DNA from: Clostridiales bacterium
GTDB taxonomy: Bacteria > Bacillota > Clostridia > Oscillospirales > CAG-272
Reading direction: 5' to 3'
DNA: 56,732 bases
Assembly: GCA_016281775.1 (NCBI GenBank)
Contig: JAEEJH010000127.1
Span: forward strand, 1-56,732
Of the stretch, positions 20,063-30,482 are shown in pieces. The notes under the pieces were generated by a model that saw only the letters and a list, made by a program, of their open reading frames with translations, was not told the DNA's origin and did no database searches. Numbering within the stretch: the first letter of the stretch is position 1; each line of letters opens with the position of its first letter. The position numbers and the translations under genes were made by a program.

Positions 20063-22675
20063 TTATTTTTTGAAAATATCGAATATCGAGCGGCGTTTCG
20101 GGGTGGAGTTCATCATATCGTTGAACTTTTCGGCGAGCGTATAATCGTCGGCAAACGCTGTTTTTGCGTCTTCTTTGAGTTTATCGATACGCTTCTGGTT
20201 GAGTTTATGTACCTGATACGATATCTCCTGAGTCTCTTCAAGGCCGAGTCTGGTGAACGCGAAGCGCAGGAATTTGCAGAACTCGGCGTAGTCGCTGTCG
20301 TTCTTGCCGGCGCTTAACAGTTCGCGGCAGAATTCCTCCGTAAATTTGACCGACTGCGCCGTTGACAGACTGAACATATCGTAAACCGTCTTTATCTCGT
20401 CGGATCCGGTGTTTTCGGTAAATACGGGGAGCAGTCCGTCGAGGAACGGCAGAGCTTCGTCGTCGGAGAACTGCGTGAGATTCACTCTCTCATCGGCGGT
20501 GAGCTCCATGAGCTCGTCCCGCGCGGCGGCGTAGTCCTTACGGTTCTTTATAGCCCTGACTCTGACGCCGAATACGAGGCAGAGCAGTTTGCCGCTGATA
20601 CGTTTTTCCTGTATCTTCGTGACGTATCTCTGTACCTCTTTGATCTTGGCTTCGGTCTCTTTGCTTCGGTCGGAAAGCTTTATACCGGAAACGATGCCGG
20701 CGACGATCTCATCGGACGATGCGGTCGTAATGTCGTTGACAGAGAGGATATCGAAGAGCAGCTCTTCGGCTTCTCTTATATCGCCGGGTTTTTTCTTCTT
20801 GAATACCGCGTAATACGTCTCCATGGCCTCGCACATATAAGCCTCGTAATACGGAGGACACACGGCGAAATAACCGGAATAATGCTCGTTGAACAGATCC
20901 GTGAGTTTTTTCATATCGAACGTATTGAGCATACGCGAGAACACGTCCCACATGAGATCGTATTTCTCCGCAGCCGATAAAAAGTCGAACAGTTCTCTTC
21001 TCTTTTCGGCAAGCCCGTCGGCGGCCGTATCGGCGAACGCTTTGTTGAGGTTCACGAGTCTCGCGGTGTTGTCGGCGCCCGCGGTAATGCTTTCGAGCGT
21101 CTCTTCGACCGTGCAGAATCTCTTCACGTCGTCGGCGTAAGAAACGAGTATCGATTTCGAAGCTTCTTCATCGGCGCCGCAGGCGTATCTTTCAGCCGCG
21201 GCGTCGGCAAGGAATTTGCCAATGGGCTCGTTCGCCATGAGGTTTTCGTAACCGACGTTGTGTTTGTGAACGTATTCCGATATCAGATTGAGCACGAAAT
21301 TGGCTTTCCACTCGATATGCTGATATTTTATCACGAGCAGCAGCGCGCTGCTGCTCTTTGCCGATACGAGTTCGCCGCAAAGATCAATACCGCAGAAATC
21401 GCAGAGCTGGGTGACGTTCTTATAGTACGACGAGAACGAAGCGGACGTCGCGTCCTTGAAATACAGCATTATCGGCACCGAATCGACCGCGAGCGATCTG
21501 AAGCCGTTCTTTATGACGAGTGACGCGTCCTTATACACGCCGGCTATGAATACGAGCAGTTTTTCTACGTAATCCGCGCCCCAGCCGAGTACGGTCTCGC
21601 TTACGCGGATGATCGATTCGGCGAGCAGGAGCTTGCCGCTGTAACGGGCGTATTTGCCGGAAAAACCGGATATGACGGCGAACTGGCCCGCGCCGACGCT
21701 CTTGAAAGCCTCGGGCGAGAACGCGCCCGAAGCGCGGTACATCAGATACGCGCCTGCAAGCTCGGGGGCGATCTTTTCAAGATCCGTATATATATCGAGA
21801 TACGCGTGGAACGCTCTGATCTTATCGTAATCGTGCAGCATTGCGTCTTCGTAGAACGCCATAAGTTCGTTTTCAGCCGCGTTGGGTTCGGGCAGCTCGC
21901 AGAGCACGCCGGACGTTATGTCGAACACGGCGAAGCCTTCTTTTTCCGCATAGCTCTCGTTATAACCGGTGCATTTCGCGGTAACGCCGCAGACGTCGAC
22001 GTCAGCCGTTTCGGGATCGTAGGCGTACGTCGAGAACGATATGTTTTTCGCAAACGAACGCGGCATGGCGTAAGAAAGCGCCGTTATCCAGAGCACTATA
22101 TTCTCCTGTTCGTCGCAGATAACGAGCTTTTTGCCGTACTCATCCTTATGCATCAGCGCGCGGAACATCTTTTTGAAAACGCCGAAATTGCCGTCCGCCC
22201 CGAGGAATTTCATCACTTTGTTTACGCTCACCGCGCCGGACGGTTCTATCACCGGTTCGGGCAGATATGCCGCGCCGGTCTCGGTATAAACCATCATTCT
22301 CGGCGGCTGTGTGAAGAACATCGGCGAACCGATGAGATCGCACGGGTAAAGCGAAGTATCGCCGTCGCCGAAAAGCACGCTGTGGCTGATATGGTCGTCT
22401 CCGTCCCCGAACGGGTTTTTGCCTAAAAACGCCGATCTCGTGACAGCGTATTCGCCCTTGCCGCATCTGTAAGTATAAGAAACGGGGAGGTACGAGATGA
22501 TCCTCTCGGTCAGCTCTACGCCGTCGCCGAGTTCGGGCGCTTTGTAGGCGAAAAGCGAATCGCCGAACCCGTTGTTATATGGAAAGTTTCTGTCGGCGCT
22601 GACTACGCCGAAGCCGGCTTCACCGCCGAAAAGGCCGCATTTGCGGCAGCTGTGCAAAATCTGATGTAAACTCAT
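20063..22675 (-). CDS. GAP1-N2/GAP1-M-like domain protein (GTPase-associated protein 1 family) with a long helical C-terminus
   Basis: N-terminal HQILHSCRKCGLFGGEAGFGVVS..LPVSYTY..ISHS and KLVICD..LWITALSYAMP..ISFSTYAYDP resemble PF20013/PF20014 as recalled; not HMM-verified. Confidence 0.65.
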   Translation of the reverse strand: MSLHQILHSCRKCGLFGGEAGFGVVSADRNFPYNNGFGDSLFAYKAPELGDGVELTERIISYLPVSYTYRCGKGEYAVTRSAFLGKNPFGDGDDHISHSVLFGDGDTSLYPCDLIGSPMFFTQPPRMMVYTETGAAYLPEPVIEPSGAVSVNKVMKFLGADGNFGVFKKMFRALMHKDEYGKKLVICDEQENIVLWITALSYAMPRSFAKNISFSTYAYDPETADVDVCGVTAKCTGYNESYAEKEGFAVFDITSGVLCELPEPNAAENELMAFYEDAMLHDYDKIRAFHAYLDIYTDLEKIAPELAGAYLMYRASGAFSPEAFKSVGAGQFAVISGFSGKYARYSGKLLLAESIIRVSETVLGWGADYVEKLLVFIAGVYKDASLVIKNGFRSLAVDSVPIMLYFKDATSASFSSYYKNVTQLCDFCGIDLCGELVSAKSSSALLLVIKYQHIEWKANFVLNLISEYVHKHNVGYENLMANEPIGKFLADAAAERYACGADEEASKSILVSYADDVKRFCTVEETLESITAGADNTARLVNLNKAFADTAADGLAEKRRELFDFLSAAEKYDLMWDVFSRMLNTFDMKKLTDLFNEHYSGYFAVCPPYYEAYMCEAMETYYAVFKKKKPGDIREAEELLFDILSVNDITTASSDEIVAGIVSGIKLSDRSKETEAKIKEVQRYVTKIQEKRISGKLLCLVFGVRVRAIKNRKDYAAARDELMELTADERVNLTQFSDDEALPFLDGLLPVFTENTGSDEIKTVYDMFSLSTAQSVKFTEEFCRELLSAGKNDSDYAEFCKFLRFAFTRLGLEETQEISYQVHKLNQKRIDKLKEDAKTAFADDYTLAEKFNDMMNSTPKRRSIFDIFKK

Positions 22676-22700
22676 ATATTTTCACCTCATAAGAGTAATT

Positions 22701-23165
22701 TCATTGCATTCTGAGCAAAATCTCAAGCGTCTCGGCAGGGTCGGTCTTCGCCGCGACTTTTGTTCTCGCAGAGACGATCATGCCGTTTTCGTCGATGATA
22801 TACGTCGTTCTGACCGTGCCGTAACTTGTTTTGCCGTACAGTTTTTTCTCGCCCCATGCGCCGTACGCTTTGATCATGATAAGTTCCGGATCGGAAAGGA
22901 GCACGAACGGCAAAGCGTGTTTTTCTTCGAATTTCTTATGCGACTGCACCGTGTCGCGGCTCACGCCGACGACCTCCGCACCCGCCGCTTTGAACTTTTC
23001 GTAAAGTTCCGCATAGCCGAGCGCCTGAGCGGTACAGCCGGACGTATTGTCTTTTGAATAGAAATACAGGACGGTTTTTTTGCCCGCAAAGCCGTCGGAC
23101 GTACGTATTCTGCCGTTCTGATCCGGCAGAGCGAAGCCGGGGGCTTTTTTGTTTATTTCAAACAT
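22701..23165 (-). CDS. bcp: Peroxiredoxin, BCP/PrxQ family
   Basis: APGFALPDQNG, LYFYSKDNTSGCT, VVGVSRD, LLSDP, RTTYIIDENG. Confidence 0.9.
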   Translation of the reverse strand: MFEINKKAPGFALPDQNGRIRTSDGFAGKKTVLYFYSKDNTSGCTAQALGYAELYEKFKAAGAEVVGVSRDTVQSHKKFEEKHALPFVLLSDPELIMIKAYGAWGEKKLYGKTSYGTVRTTYIIDENGMIVSARTKVAAKTDPAETLEILLRMQ

Positions 23166-23695
23166 CTTCCGTAACCTCCTATACCGTCAAGAGAGACGTA
23201 AATGATCTTTTTGTCAAGTTTTTTAGCCATTTCGACGGTGTTTTTAGTACCGCCGGGCTGTATGCGGTCTTCACTGCAGACGGCTATGAGCCCGTCGCAT
23301 TTATTCACCATATAGCGGTTGCGCTCGTTATAGAGTTTCGGATAATCCGACGGGACGGCATTCCGGCACAGAATTATCCTCCCGTTTGCATTTTTAATGA
23401 CTTTGTCGTACAGACCGAGCTCTTCGCGCGGTACCGTCTGCCTCTGCCCGTCGAACGGGACGGCGCACCAGAGTTCGATACCGAGTTTGCCGCGCAGCGA
23501 CAGCACGGCGTCTGCGGCGATAAGGTCCGAGCCGCGGCACATACCGGTCAAAAAATATTTCACGCCGAGTTCCGCCTGCTCGGCGACGGTCTGCATTATA
23601 CGCGCTTTGAGGCGCGCGGCGTTGGTCCCGGTCAGCGGAAAAGGCAGTTTTTCCGTTCTGTAACCGGTGAACGCGAGTGAAATATATCTGCCCAT
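23153..23695 (-). CDS. SLOG-superfamily protein (YpsA/DUF1273-like)
   Basis: AFTGYR, FLTGMCRGSDLIAA, AVPF, RNRYMVNKCD, GGTKNTV. Confidence 0.85.
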   Translation of the reverse strand: MGRYISLAFTGYRTEKLPFPLTGTNAARLKARIMQTVAEQAELGVKYFLTGMCRGSDLIAADAVLSLRGKLGIELWCAVPFDGQRQTVPREELGLYDKVIKNANGRIILCRNAVPSDYPKLYNERNRYMVNKCDGLIAVCSEDRIQPGGTKNTVEMAKKLDKKIIYVSLDGIGGYGRCLK

Positions 23696-23785
23696 CGCTG
23701 CTCCGATCTTTCTTAGTAACTATATTATAAACTATAATTTCCCAAAAATCAATACCTAAATCACAATGAAAATAAACTTTTTTTC

Positions 23786-23814
23786 TTGACAAGCGTGATT
23801 TCACGTGATATAAT
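23786..23814 (+). promoter_or_regulatory. sigmaA promoter for rbfA-mnmG-transketolase
   Basis: TTGACA 23786-23791, 17 nt spacer, TATAAT 23809-23814. Confidence 0.85.
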
Positions 23815-23849
23815 ATTATGAATTATTATGGAATACGATCGGAGACGGT

Positions 23850-24260
23850 ATGGGTAAATACAGAATACAGAGAATAAACGATGAGATCGTGAAAGAGATG
23901 GTACGGATACTGCGCGATATAAAAGATCCGAGGGTGACCGGGAGCATGACGACCGTCACGGGATGCGACGTATCGCCGGATCTGAAATACGCGAAGATCT
24001 ATTTCTCTTTTCTCGATCCGGTTAAGTCGCCGGAAGAGGCGGAGCAAAGACGCGCGGAGATCAAAAAAGGTCTCGTCTCGGCTCACGGATTCATAAGACG
24101 CGAACTTGCCGCTTCGCTCAACCTGCGCGTAACGCCGGAGCTGACTTTCATAGCCGACACCTCCGCCGAATACGGCAGCGAGATAAACAGGATCCTTAAC
24201 GAGATCAAAACGGAAGACGAACAGCGCAAAAAAGAAAGCGGCGAAAACGGCGAAGAATGA
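23850..24260 (+). CDS. rbfA: 30S ribosome-binding factor RbfA
   Basis: RIQRIN..IKDPRV..VSPDLKYAKIY..GFIRRELA..LRVTPELTFIADTSAEYG. Confidence 0.95.
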   Translation: MGKYRIQRINDEIVKEMVRILRDIKDPRVTGSMTTVTGCDVSPDLKYAKIYFSFLDPVKSPEEAEQRRAEIKKGLVSAHGFIRRELAASLNLRVTPELTFIADTSAEYGSEINRILNEIKTEDEQRKKESGENGEE

Positions 24261-24319
24261 CGCGGCTCGCCCGCGTATCCCGACGCGGCAAGATCAAAAA
24301 CGGTTTAAAGGAATGATAG

Positions 24320-26200
24320 ATTACGAAAGACAATGACAGATATACGCTCGGGCGCTGCGACGTCGCGGTGGTAGGCGCCGGTCACGCCGGCATAGAAGCC
24401 GCGCTCGCCTCGGCAAGGCTCGGGCTCGATACGATATTATTCACGATGAATCTCGACTCGGTCGGGAATATGCCGTGCAATCCGTCGATAGGCGGTACGG
24501 GCAAAGGTCATCTCGTATTCGAGATCGACGCGCTCGGCGGTGAAATGGGCAGAGCGGCGGATCTCGTGACGCTCCAGAACAGGATGCTCAATTCGGGCAA
24601 GGGTCCCGCCGTACATTCGAAACGCGTACAGGCGGACCGCGCGGCTTATCACGTTCTGATGAAACATACGCTCGAAACGACGGATAATCTGCGGCTTTAT
24701 CAGACTGAAATAACCGACGTTCTGGTCGAAAACGGCGCCGTCTCAGGCGTCGTAACGGCGCTCGGAGCCGTATTTGAATGCAAAGCCGCGATAATCTGCG
24801 CCGGCACGTATCTGAACGGCAGGGTGATCGTGGGCGAACACGCGTACCCCTCCGGTCCGGACGGGCTTCTGCCGGCGAATTCGCTCACCGCTTCGCTCAT
24901 ATCGCTCGGTATCAAAACGATGCGGTTCAAGACCGGCACTCCGCCGAGAGTGCTCAAGTCGAGCGTGGATCTCGGCAAGCTTGAAATACAGCACGGCGAT
25001 ACGGATATACCGTTCTCCGCGCTGACGGACGAAGAAGAACTTGCGAAGCGGCCGGATATACCGTGTTATATCGTATATACTAATGAAAAAACGCATGAGA
25101 TCATAAGATCGAACCTTCACCGATCGCCGCTTTTCAGCGGGATGATAGAGGGCGTGGGACCGAGATACTGCCCGAGCATAGAAGACAAGGTCGTGAGATT
25201 TGCAGATAAGGAACGGCATCAGCTTTTCGTCGAACCGCTCGGAGAGAATACGGAAGAGTTATATATCCAGGGCTTCTCTTCTTCTCTGCCCGCTGACGTA
25301 CAGGTGCAGATGCTGCACACGCTGCCGGGCTTCGAGCACGCGCTGATAATGCGTCAGGCGTACGCGATAGAATACGACTGCATCGACCCGACGCAGTTAT
25401 ATCCGACGCTCGAATTCAAGGATATAAGCGGTCTGTACGGCGCCGGGCAGTTCAACGGCACGTCAGGCTACGAAGAGGCGGCGGCTCAGGGGCTGATCGC
25501 CGGCATAAACGCCGCGCTGAAAATCAAAGGCGAAGAGCCTCTGATACTGTCGAGGATGGACGCTTATATCGGCGTACTGATCGACGATCTCGTCATGAAA
25601 GGGACGAACGAGCCGTACCGCATAATGACGTCGCGCAGCGAATACCGGCTGATACTCCGTCAGGATAACGCGGACGAACGGCTCACGCCGGAAGGTTACC
25701 GCGTCGGGCTGATAAGCGAAGAAAGATACGAAAAATTCAAAGAGAAACAAAGACGCATCGAAGCGGAGATACAGCGTGCGGAGCTGACGACGGTCAAAGC
25801 GTCGGATGAGCTGAACCGCGTTCTCGAAGAAGCCGGAACGGCGCCGCTTTCGGCGGGCATAAGACTTGCCGAACTGCTCAGACGCCCTCAGGTGACGTAC
25901 GGTCTGATAACGGAATTCGATCCGACGCGCACAGAGAGCAAGCGGATACTGCAGTGCGCGCAGATACGGATAAAATACGAAGGTTACATCAAAAAACAGC
26001 TTGCCGCCGCCGAGCGGCAGAAGAAGCTCGAGAACAAAAAGATACCCGAGGGGCTCGATTATTCGAAAATACCGGGGCTCAGGCTCGAAGCTCAGGCTAA
26101 ACTGAACGCGATAAGACCGAAAAGCATAGGGCAGGCGGCGCGCATAAGCGGCGTATCGCCCGCGGACATCTCGGTTTTACTTATAAGATTAGGCGAATAG
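24320..26200 (+). CDS. mnmG: tRNA uridine 5-carboxymethylaminomethyl modification enzyme MnmG (start uncertain)
   Basis: [75 protein letters not shown]; frame open upstream of GTG 24368 back to the TAG at 24317-24319. Confidence 0.93.
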   Translation: MTKDNDRYTLGRCDVAVVGAGHAGIEAALASARLGLDTILFTMNLDSVGNMPCNPSIGGTGKGHLVFEIDALGGEMGRAADLVTLQNRMLNSGKGPAVHSKRVQADRAAYHVLMKHTLETTDNLRLYQTEITDVLVENGAVSGVVTALGAVFECKAAIICAGTYLNGRVIVGEHAYPSGPDGLLPANSLTASLISLGIKTMRFKTGTPPRVLKSSVDLGKLEIQHGDTDIPFSALTDEEELAKRPDIPCYIVYTNEKTHEIIRSNLHRSPLFSGMIEGVGPRYCPSIEDKVVRFADKERHQLFVEPLGENTEELYIQGFSSSLPADVQVQMLHTLPGFEHALIMRQAYAIEYDCIDPTQLYPTLEFKDISGLYGAGQFNGTSGYEEAAAQGLIAGINAALKIKGEEPLILSRMDAYIGVLIDDLVMKGTNEPYRIMTSRSEYRLILRQDNADERLTPEGYRVGLISEERYEKFKEKQRRIEAEIQRAELTTVKASDELNRVLEEAGTAPLSAGIRLAELLRRPQVTYGLITEFDPTRTESKRILQCAQIRIKYEGYIKKQLAAAERQKKLENKKIPEGLDYSKIPGLRLEAQAKLNAIRPKSIGQAARISGVSPADISVLLIRLGE

Positions 26201-26211
26201 AGAGGTAAACT

Positions 26212-27054
26212 ATGAACACTGAAAAGAAAAAAGAACTGATGCGTCTCGCGGCGCATATACGCATGGATATACTGACGGAAGTTTATTCCGCCAATTCGGG
26301 CCATCCCGGCGGCTCGCTTTCGATAGCCGACACGCTCGCTTATCTTTACAGCGAGATACTCCGCGTCGATCCCGAAAATCCCGACTGGCCCGAACGCGAC
26401 AGATTCGTGCTGTCGAAAGGCCACACCGCGCCGGCGCTGTACGCGGTGCTTGCGGAATGCGGATTCATACCCAAAGAAGATCTCACGGGATTCAGAAACA
26501 TAAACAGCTATCTGCAGGGTCACCCCGATATGAAGCATACGCCGGGCTGCGATATGACGTCCGGTTCGCTCGGCCTCGGCATATCCGCCGCGGCCGGCAT
26601 GGCGCTCGGAGCGAAGGTACAGGGCAAGGATTTCCGCGTTTACGCGATGCTCGGCGACGGCGAGCTTGCCGAAGGGCAGGTATGGGAGGCGTCGATGTTC
26701 TCCGCCCACTACAAGCTCGACAACCTCTGCGCATTCGTAGATTGGAACGGTTTACAGATCGACGGCAGGATCGTCGACGTTATGAATTCAACGCCGATCG
26801 ACAAGAAGTTCAGAGCATTCGGCTGGTACGTACAGGTGATAAACGGCCACGATTTCGATCAGCTCGAAAAGGCCGTTGCGAACGCCAAAAAGACTAAAGG
26901 GCGTCCGTCCGTGATAATACTCAAAACGATAAAGGGCAAGGGCGTTTCGTATATGGAAGACAAGGCGAGCTGGCACGGAGCCGCGCCGAACGAAGAACAG
27001 TATAAACTCGGCATGGCGGAGCTTGACGCCGCGCTGCACGCTATAGACGCGTAA
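26212..27054 (+). CDS. Transketolase, N-terminal subunit
   Basis: SGHPGGSLS, DRFVLSKGH, LQGHP, GSLG.G, GDGELAEG..WEA TPP-binding motif. Confidence 0.93.
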   Translation: MNTEKKKELMRLAAHIRMDILTEVYSANSGHPGGSLSIADTLAYLYSEILRVDPENPDWPERDRFVLSKGHTAPALYAVLAECGFIPKEDLTGFRNINSYLQGHPDMKHTPGCDMTSGSLGLGISAAAGMALGAKVQGKDFRVYAMLGDGELAEGQVWEASMFSAHYKLDNLCAFVDWNGLQIDGRIVDVMNSTPIDKKFRAFGWYVQVINGHDFDQLEKAVANAKKTKGRPSVIILKTIKGKGVSYMEDKASWHGAAPNEEQYKLGMAELDAALHAIDA

Positions 27055-27069
27055 GGGAGGTACCGGAAA

Positions 27070-28014
27070 ATGGCAGACAAAAAAGCAACGAGAGAAGCCT
27101 ACGGAGAGGCTCTTGCCGAATTCGGCGCAAAATACGATAAATTAGTGGTGCTCGACGCGGACCTCGCGGGCGCGACCAAAACGGCGACGTTCAAAAAAGC
27201 GTTTCCGGACCGTCACTTCGACTGCGGCATAGCCGAAGGCAATATGGTGTCTGCGGCGGCGGGACTTGCGACTACGGGACTGATACCGTTCGCTTCCTCA
27301 TTTGCTATGTTTTTGGCGGGCAGAGCGTTTGAGCAGATCAGAAACTCCATCGGTTACCCGCATCTCAACGTAAAACTCGGCGCGACGCACGGCGGCATCA
27401 CGGTCGGCGAAGACGGCGCGACGCATCAGTGCCTTGAAGACTTTTCGGTAATGAGAACGATACCGGGCATGACGGTGATCTGCCCAGCCGACGCGACGGA
27501 AACGCGCGCGGCCGTAGAAGCGGCGATCAATTACGTCGGTCCCGTTTACCTGCGTTTCGGCCGCGCCGCGACGCCGGTACTCTTTGACAAAGAATCGTAT
27601 AAATTCGAGATCGGCAAGGGCGTCGTAATGGCGGACGGAGCCGACGTGACGATAGCGGCTAACGGCTATATGGTGGACATAGCGCTGCAGGCGAGAGAAC
27701 TTCTCAAAGCCGACGGCGTCGACGCGGCGGTATTGAACATCCACACGATAAAACCGCTCGACAGCGGTCTGATACTGTCGTACGCGGCGAAGACCGGCGC
27801 GATAGTCACCGCGGAAGAACACAACATCATCGGCGGCCTCGGTTCGGCGGTATGCGAAGCGGTATCCGCCGTGTACCCGGTACCTGTGCTTCGCGTAGGC
27901 GTGAACGATCAGTTCGGCAGAAGCGGCAAGGTGCCGCCGCTGCTCGAATACTACGGGCTGACCGCTCAGAACATAGCCGAAAACTGCAAAAAGGCGATAG
28001 GACTCAAGAGATAA
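27070..28014 (+). CDS. Transketolase, C-terminal subunit
   Basis: ATREAYG, LDADL, GIAE, RAFEQIR, GEDGATHQ, PVYLRFGR, TAEEH. Confidence 0.93.
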   Translation: MADKKATREAYGEALAEFGAKYDKLVVLDADLAGATKTATFKKAFPDRHFDCGIAEGNMVSAAAGLATTGLIPFASSFAMFLAGRAFEQIRNSIGYPHLNVKLGATHGGITVGEDGATHQCLEDFSVMRTIPGMTVICPADATETRAAVEAAINYVGPVYLRFGRAATPVLFDKESYKFEIGKGVVMADGADVTIAANGYMVDIALQARELLKADGVDAAVLNIHTIKPLDSGLILSYAAKTGAIVTAEEHNIIGGLGSAVCEAVSAVYPVPVLRVGVNDQFGRSGKVPPLLEYYGLTAQNIAENCKKAIGLKR

Positions 28015-28017
28015 ACT

Positions 28018-29136
28018 ATGAAGAAAAAGAGTAAGCGCAGAATAAAAGCCGGTAAAGTCGCCGCAAGGGTCTTACTGTGTGTTTTTACCGCGCTTATTCT
28101 GCTCTGCGCCTTCATCTTCGGCGGTGTGGCTGTGATAAACTACGGTCCGTCGAAGACGGCGAGAGACCTTTTCGTTGTCTCGATGCTCGAAACGTCGGCG
28201 GCTAAATTTCTCGCGACGTGGTATTTTTCACCCGAAGAGATAGATTCGATAGTAAACGAAAACGCCGTCATACCCGACGACGGTTTATCGGATCCGTCTC
28301 TGATAAAGATCAACCCGGAGAAAAACGATCAGAACAAAAAAGAAGACGGTTACTATTTCCCGTTCGACGAAAAGGGCGAGCCGATAGTGACCGAAGAATA
28401 TACGCCGTCCGATACGCAGGGCGAGGAGACCTCGCCGCACGAAAACACGGATCCTGACAGGGAGCCTATCGAGATAATCGAGGTAAGAGGCGGCTCGTAC
28501 GTCGGATTTCTGATGAAAGTGGCGGATCCGTCGCGGCTTTTCGTCGGCGTGTGCGGTGAATACGGCGGAGAAAACCAGGGCAAGACGATAATACAGCTTG
28601 CAAAATCGTATAACGCGACGGCGGCGATCAACGCCGGAGGCTTCGAAGACGAAAACGGCACGGGCAACGGCGGCATACCGCTCGGGCTCGTGATAAGTCA
28701 CGGGGAGCTTCTGTTCGGTTCGCCGAACAAGAAATACGACGTTATAGGTTTCAATAACGACAATATACTCATAGTCGGCAATATGACGGCTCAGGCGGCG
28801 CTCGACGCCGGTATAAGAGACGCGGTGAGCTTCGGTCCCGTACTCGTAATGAACGGCAAAGCTTCATCGGTCAAAGGCGCGGGCAGCGGAGTCAATCCGC
28901 GCACGGCGATAGGTCAGTGCGCCGACGGCACGGTGCTCCTGCTCGTCGTTGACGGGCGGCAGGCGTCGTCTCTCGGCTGTACTTACGCCGATCTTATAGA
29001 TATCATGCTCGGGCACGGCGCGGTCAACGCGGCTAATCTTGACGGAGGTACATCGTCCGGTATGTACTACGACGGTAAACTGGTCAACAAAGGTCTGTTT
29101 TACCGCGGTCTGCCGACGTGCTTTATCGTAAAATGA
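28018..29136 (+). CDS. Membrane-anchored phosphodiester glycosidase (NAGPA-like) protein
   Basis: N-terminal TM; AAINAGGF, AVSFGP.LV, NPRTAIGQ..G..LLVVDGRQ, AANLDGG.S. Confidence 0.85.
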   Translation: MKKKSKRRIKAGKVAARVLLCVFTALILLCAFIFGGVAVINYGPSKTARDLFVVSMLETSAAKFLATWYFSPEEIDSIVNENAVIPDDGLSDPSLIKINPEKNDQNKKEDGYYFPFDEKGEPIVTEEYTPSDTQGEETSPHENTDPDREPIEIIEVRGGSYVGFLMKVADPSRLFVGVCGEYGGENQGKTIIQLAKSYNATAAINAGGFEDENGTGNGGIPLGLVISHGELLFGSPNKKYDVIGFNNDNILIVGNMTAQAALDAGIRDAVSFGPVLVMNGKASSVKGAGSGVNPRTAIGQCADGTVLLLVVDGRQASSLGCTYADLIDIMLGHGAVNAANLDGGTSSGMYYDGKLVNKGLFYRGLPTCFIVK

Positions 29137-30425
29137 AGAAAAAGAAGAAACCTTCGTTCATTACCGTATATTTAGCCGCGGTATCGGCTTTCATTCTTAT
29201 CGGCATCGTGATTTACGTCGTTTTAGCGGTGACGCTCAATAACTACGAAGCCGGAGCCGAAGCGCGGCGCATAGCCGCGGCGGAAGAGTCCGAGGCGGCG
29301 GCAAAAGCCGCCGAAGAATCGCGAGCCGCCGAATCGGAGCGGATAAAGAACGAACTCGAAAACGAGCGGCTGCGGAACGAGACGGATTTCAGAAAACGGC
29401 AGTCGGCGGTATCGTCGGCAGCCGAGGCTGCGGTCGCCGCGATAAAAAACACCGCGACGGCGCTGCACGGTTCTGATACTGACTCTTATCTTTCCTCTCT
29501 GATATCAAAACTGAACGAAAGCGGCTCTTCTCCGCTGTGCGAAAAGATAACGGGGCTGTTGAGCGAATACGAAAAAGAAGGCGCGCTTACGTCATATATC
29601 GATTCTCTGCCCGGCGGCTACGGATATACGAAGCGATCCGACCTGACCGCTGAAATAACGAAGGGCAGCATGACCTTTGACGTAACGCTTAAGCAAACGC
29701 TGAAAGACGGATATATACCGGAATACGGTATCGATACCGTGACCTGTTCTCTGCCCCTGTCGTCCTACACGGTGACCGTACCGGAGGGAGCGGAGCTCAC
29801 GGTCAACGGCAATAAGGCGGCGGAGTCTCCGGCGGAAAAGGCGGCCGGATACGAAGACGTGCCGGACGTATTCGATCCCCCGAGAGTATCGAAGTACGTG
29901 CTTGACGGCTTTTTGCACGAGCCGAAGTTCGCCGCGTCGCTTGACGGTACGGAGCTTTCTTATACGAAGACAGACGGCGCGGTCGCTTTCACGGCGCCCG
30001 CCGACAAGGATAAAAATGAATTATATAAGGAAGAGCTGACCGGCAGGATATTCAAGCTGATATTCGATCACACCGATTTTGTCGCCGGTATATATAAGTT
30101 CTCACAGATAAAAGGCAATCTTTATCCAGGCACGAAGCTGTATACGGCGCTGTCGGGTTTCGACAACCGCTGGTATTACAACTACGATTACATACAGAAC
30201 GAAAACGCGAAGATGACCGGCTTCACGGTTTTGTCGGACAGGCTGGTCAAAGCGACCGTGTCTTACGATCAGGCGCTGTACGATGCGAACGGCAAGCGTC
30301 TGCGCAGGATCGGCATGAAGTTCGAAGTGCTGATCGGCGCACCGTCCGACCCGGTCGTACCGAACGGAGCCGATACCGAAAAGTCTTACGCCTCGTGGCT
30401 TCTGATCTCGGTCGAAAACAAATAA
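29133..30425 (+). CDS. Hypothetical membrane-anchored protein with an A/E-rich coiled coil
   Basis: Start revised to 29133 (ATGA overlap); KKKK then TM; operonic spacing. Confidence 0.75.
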   Translation: MKKKKKPSFITVYLAAVSAFILIGIVIYVVLAVTLNNYEAGAEARRIAAAEESEAAAKAAEESRAAESERIKNELENERLRNETDFRKRQSAVSSAAEAAVAAIKNTATALHGSDTDSYLSSLISKLNESGSSPLCEKITGLLSEYEKEGALTSYIDSLPGGYGYTKRSDLTAEITKGSMTFDVTLKQTLKDGYIPEYGIDTVTCSLPLSSYTVTVPEGAELTVNGNKAAESPAEKAAGYEDVPDVFDPPRVSKYVLDGFLHEPKFAASLDGTELSYTKTDGAVAFTAPADKDKNELYKEELTGRIFKLIFDHTDFVAGIYKFSQIKGNLYPGTKLYTALSGFDNRWYYNYDYIQNENAKMTGFTVLSDRLVKATVSYDQALYDANGKRLRRIGMKFEVLIGAPSDPVVPNGADTEKSYASWLLISVENK

Positions 30426-30482
30426 ACCGAACTGATACAGATCAAAATTTATAACATATACACCGAAAGGAAACGCTTTAAA

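Noticed and set aside
30426-30482. T-box leaders before serS, gltX or glnS
   Set aside because: Intergenic spaces are too short, and there is no AAGGTGGTACC-like T-box sequence.
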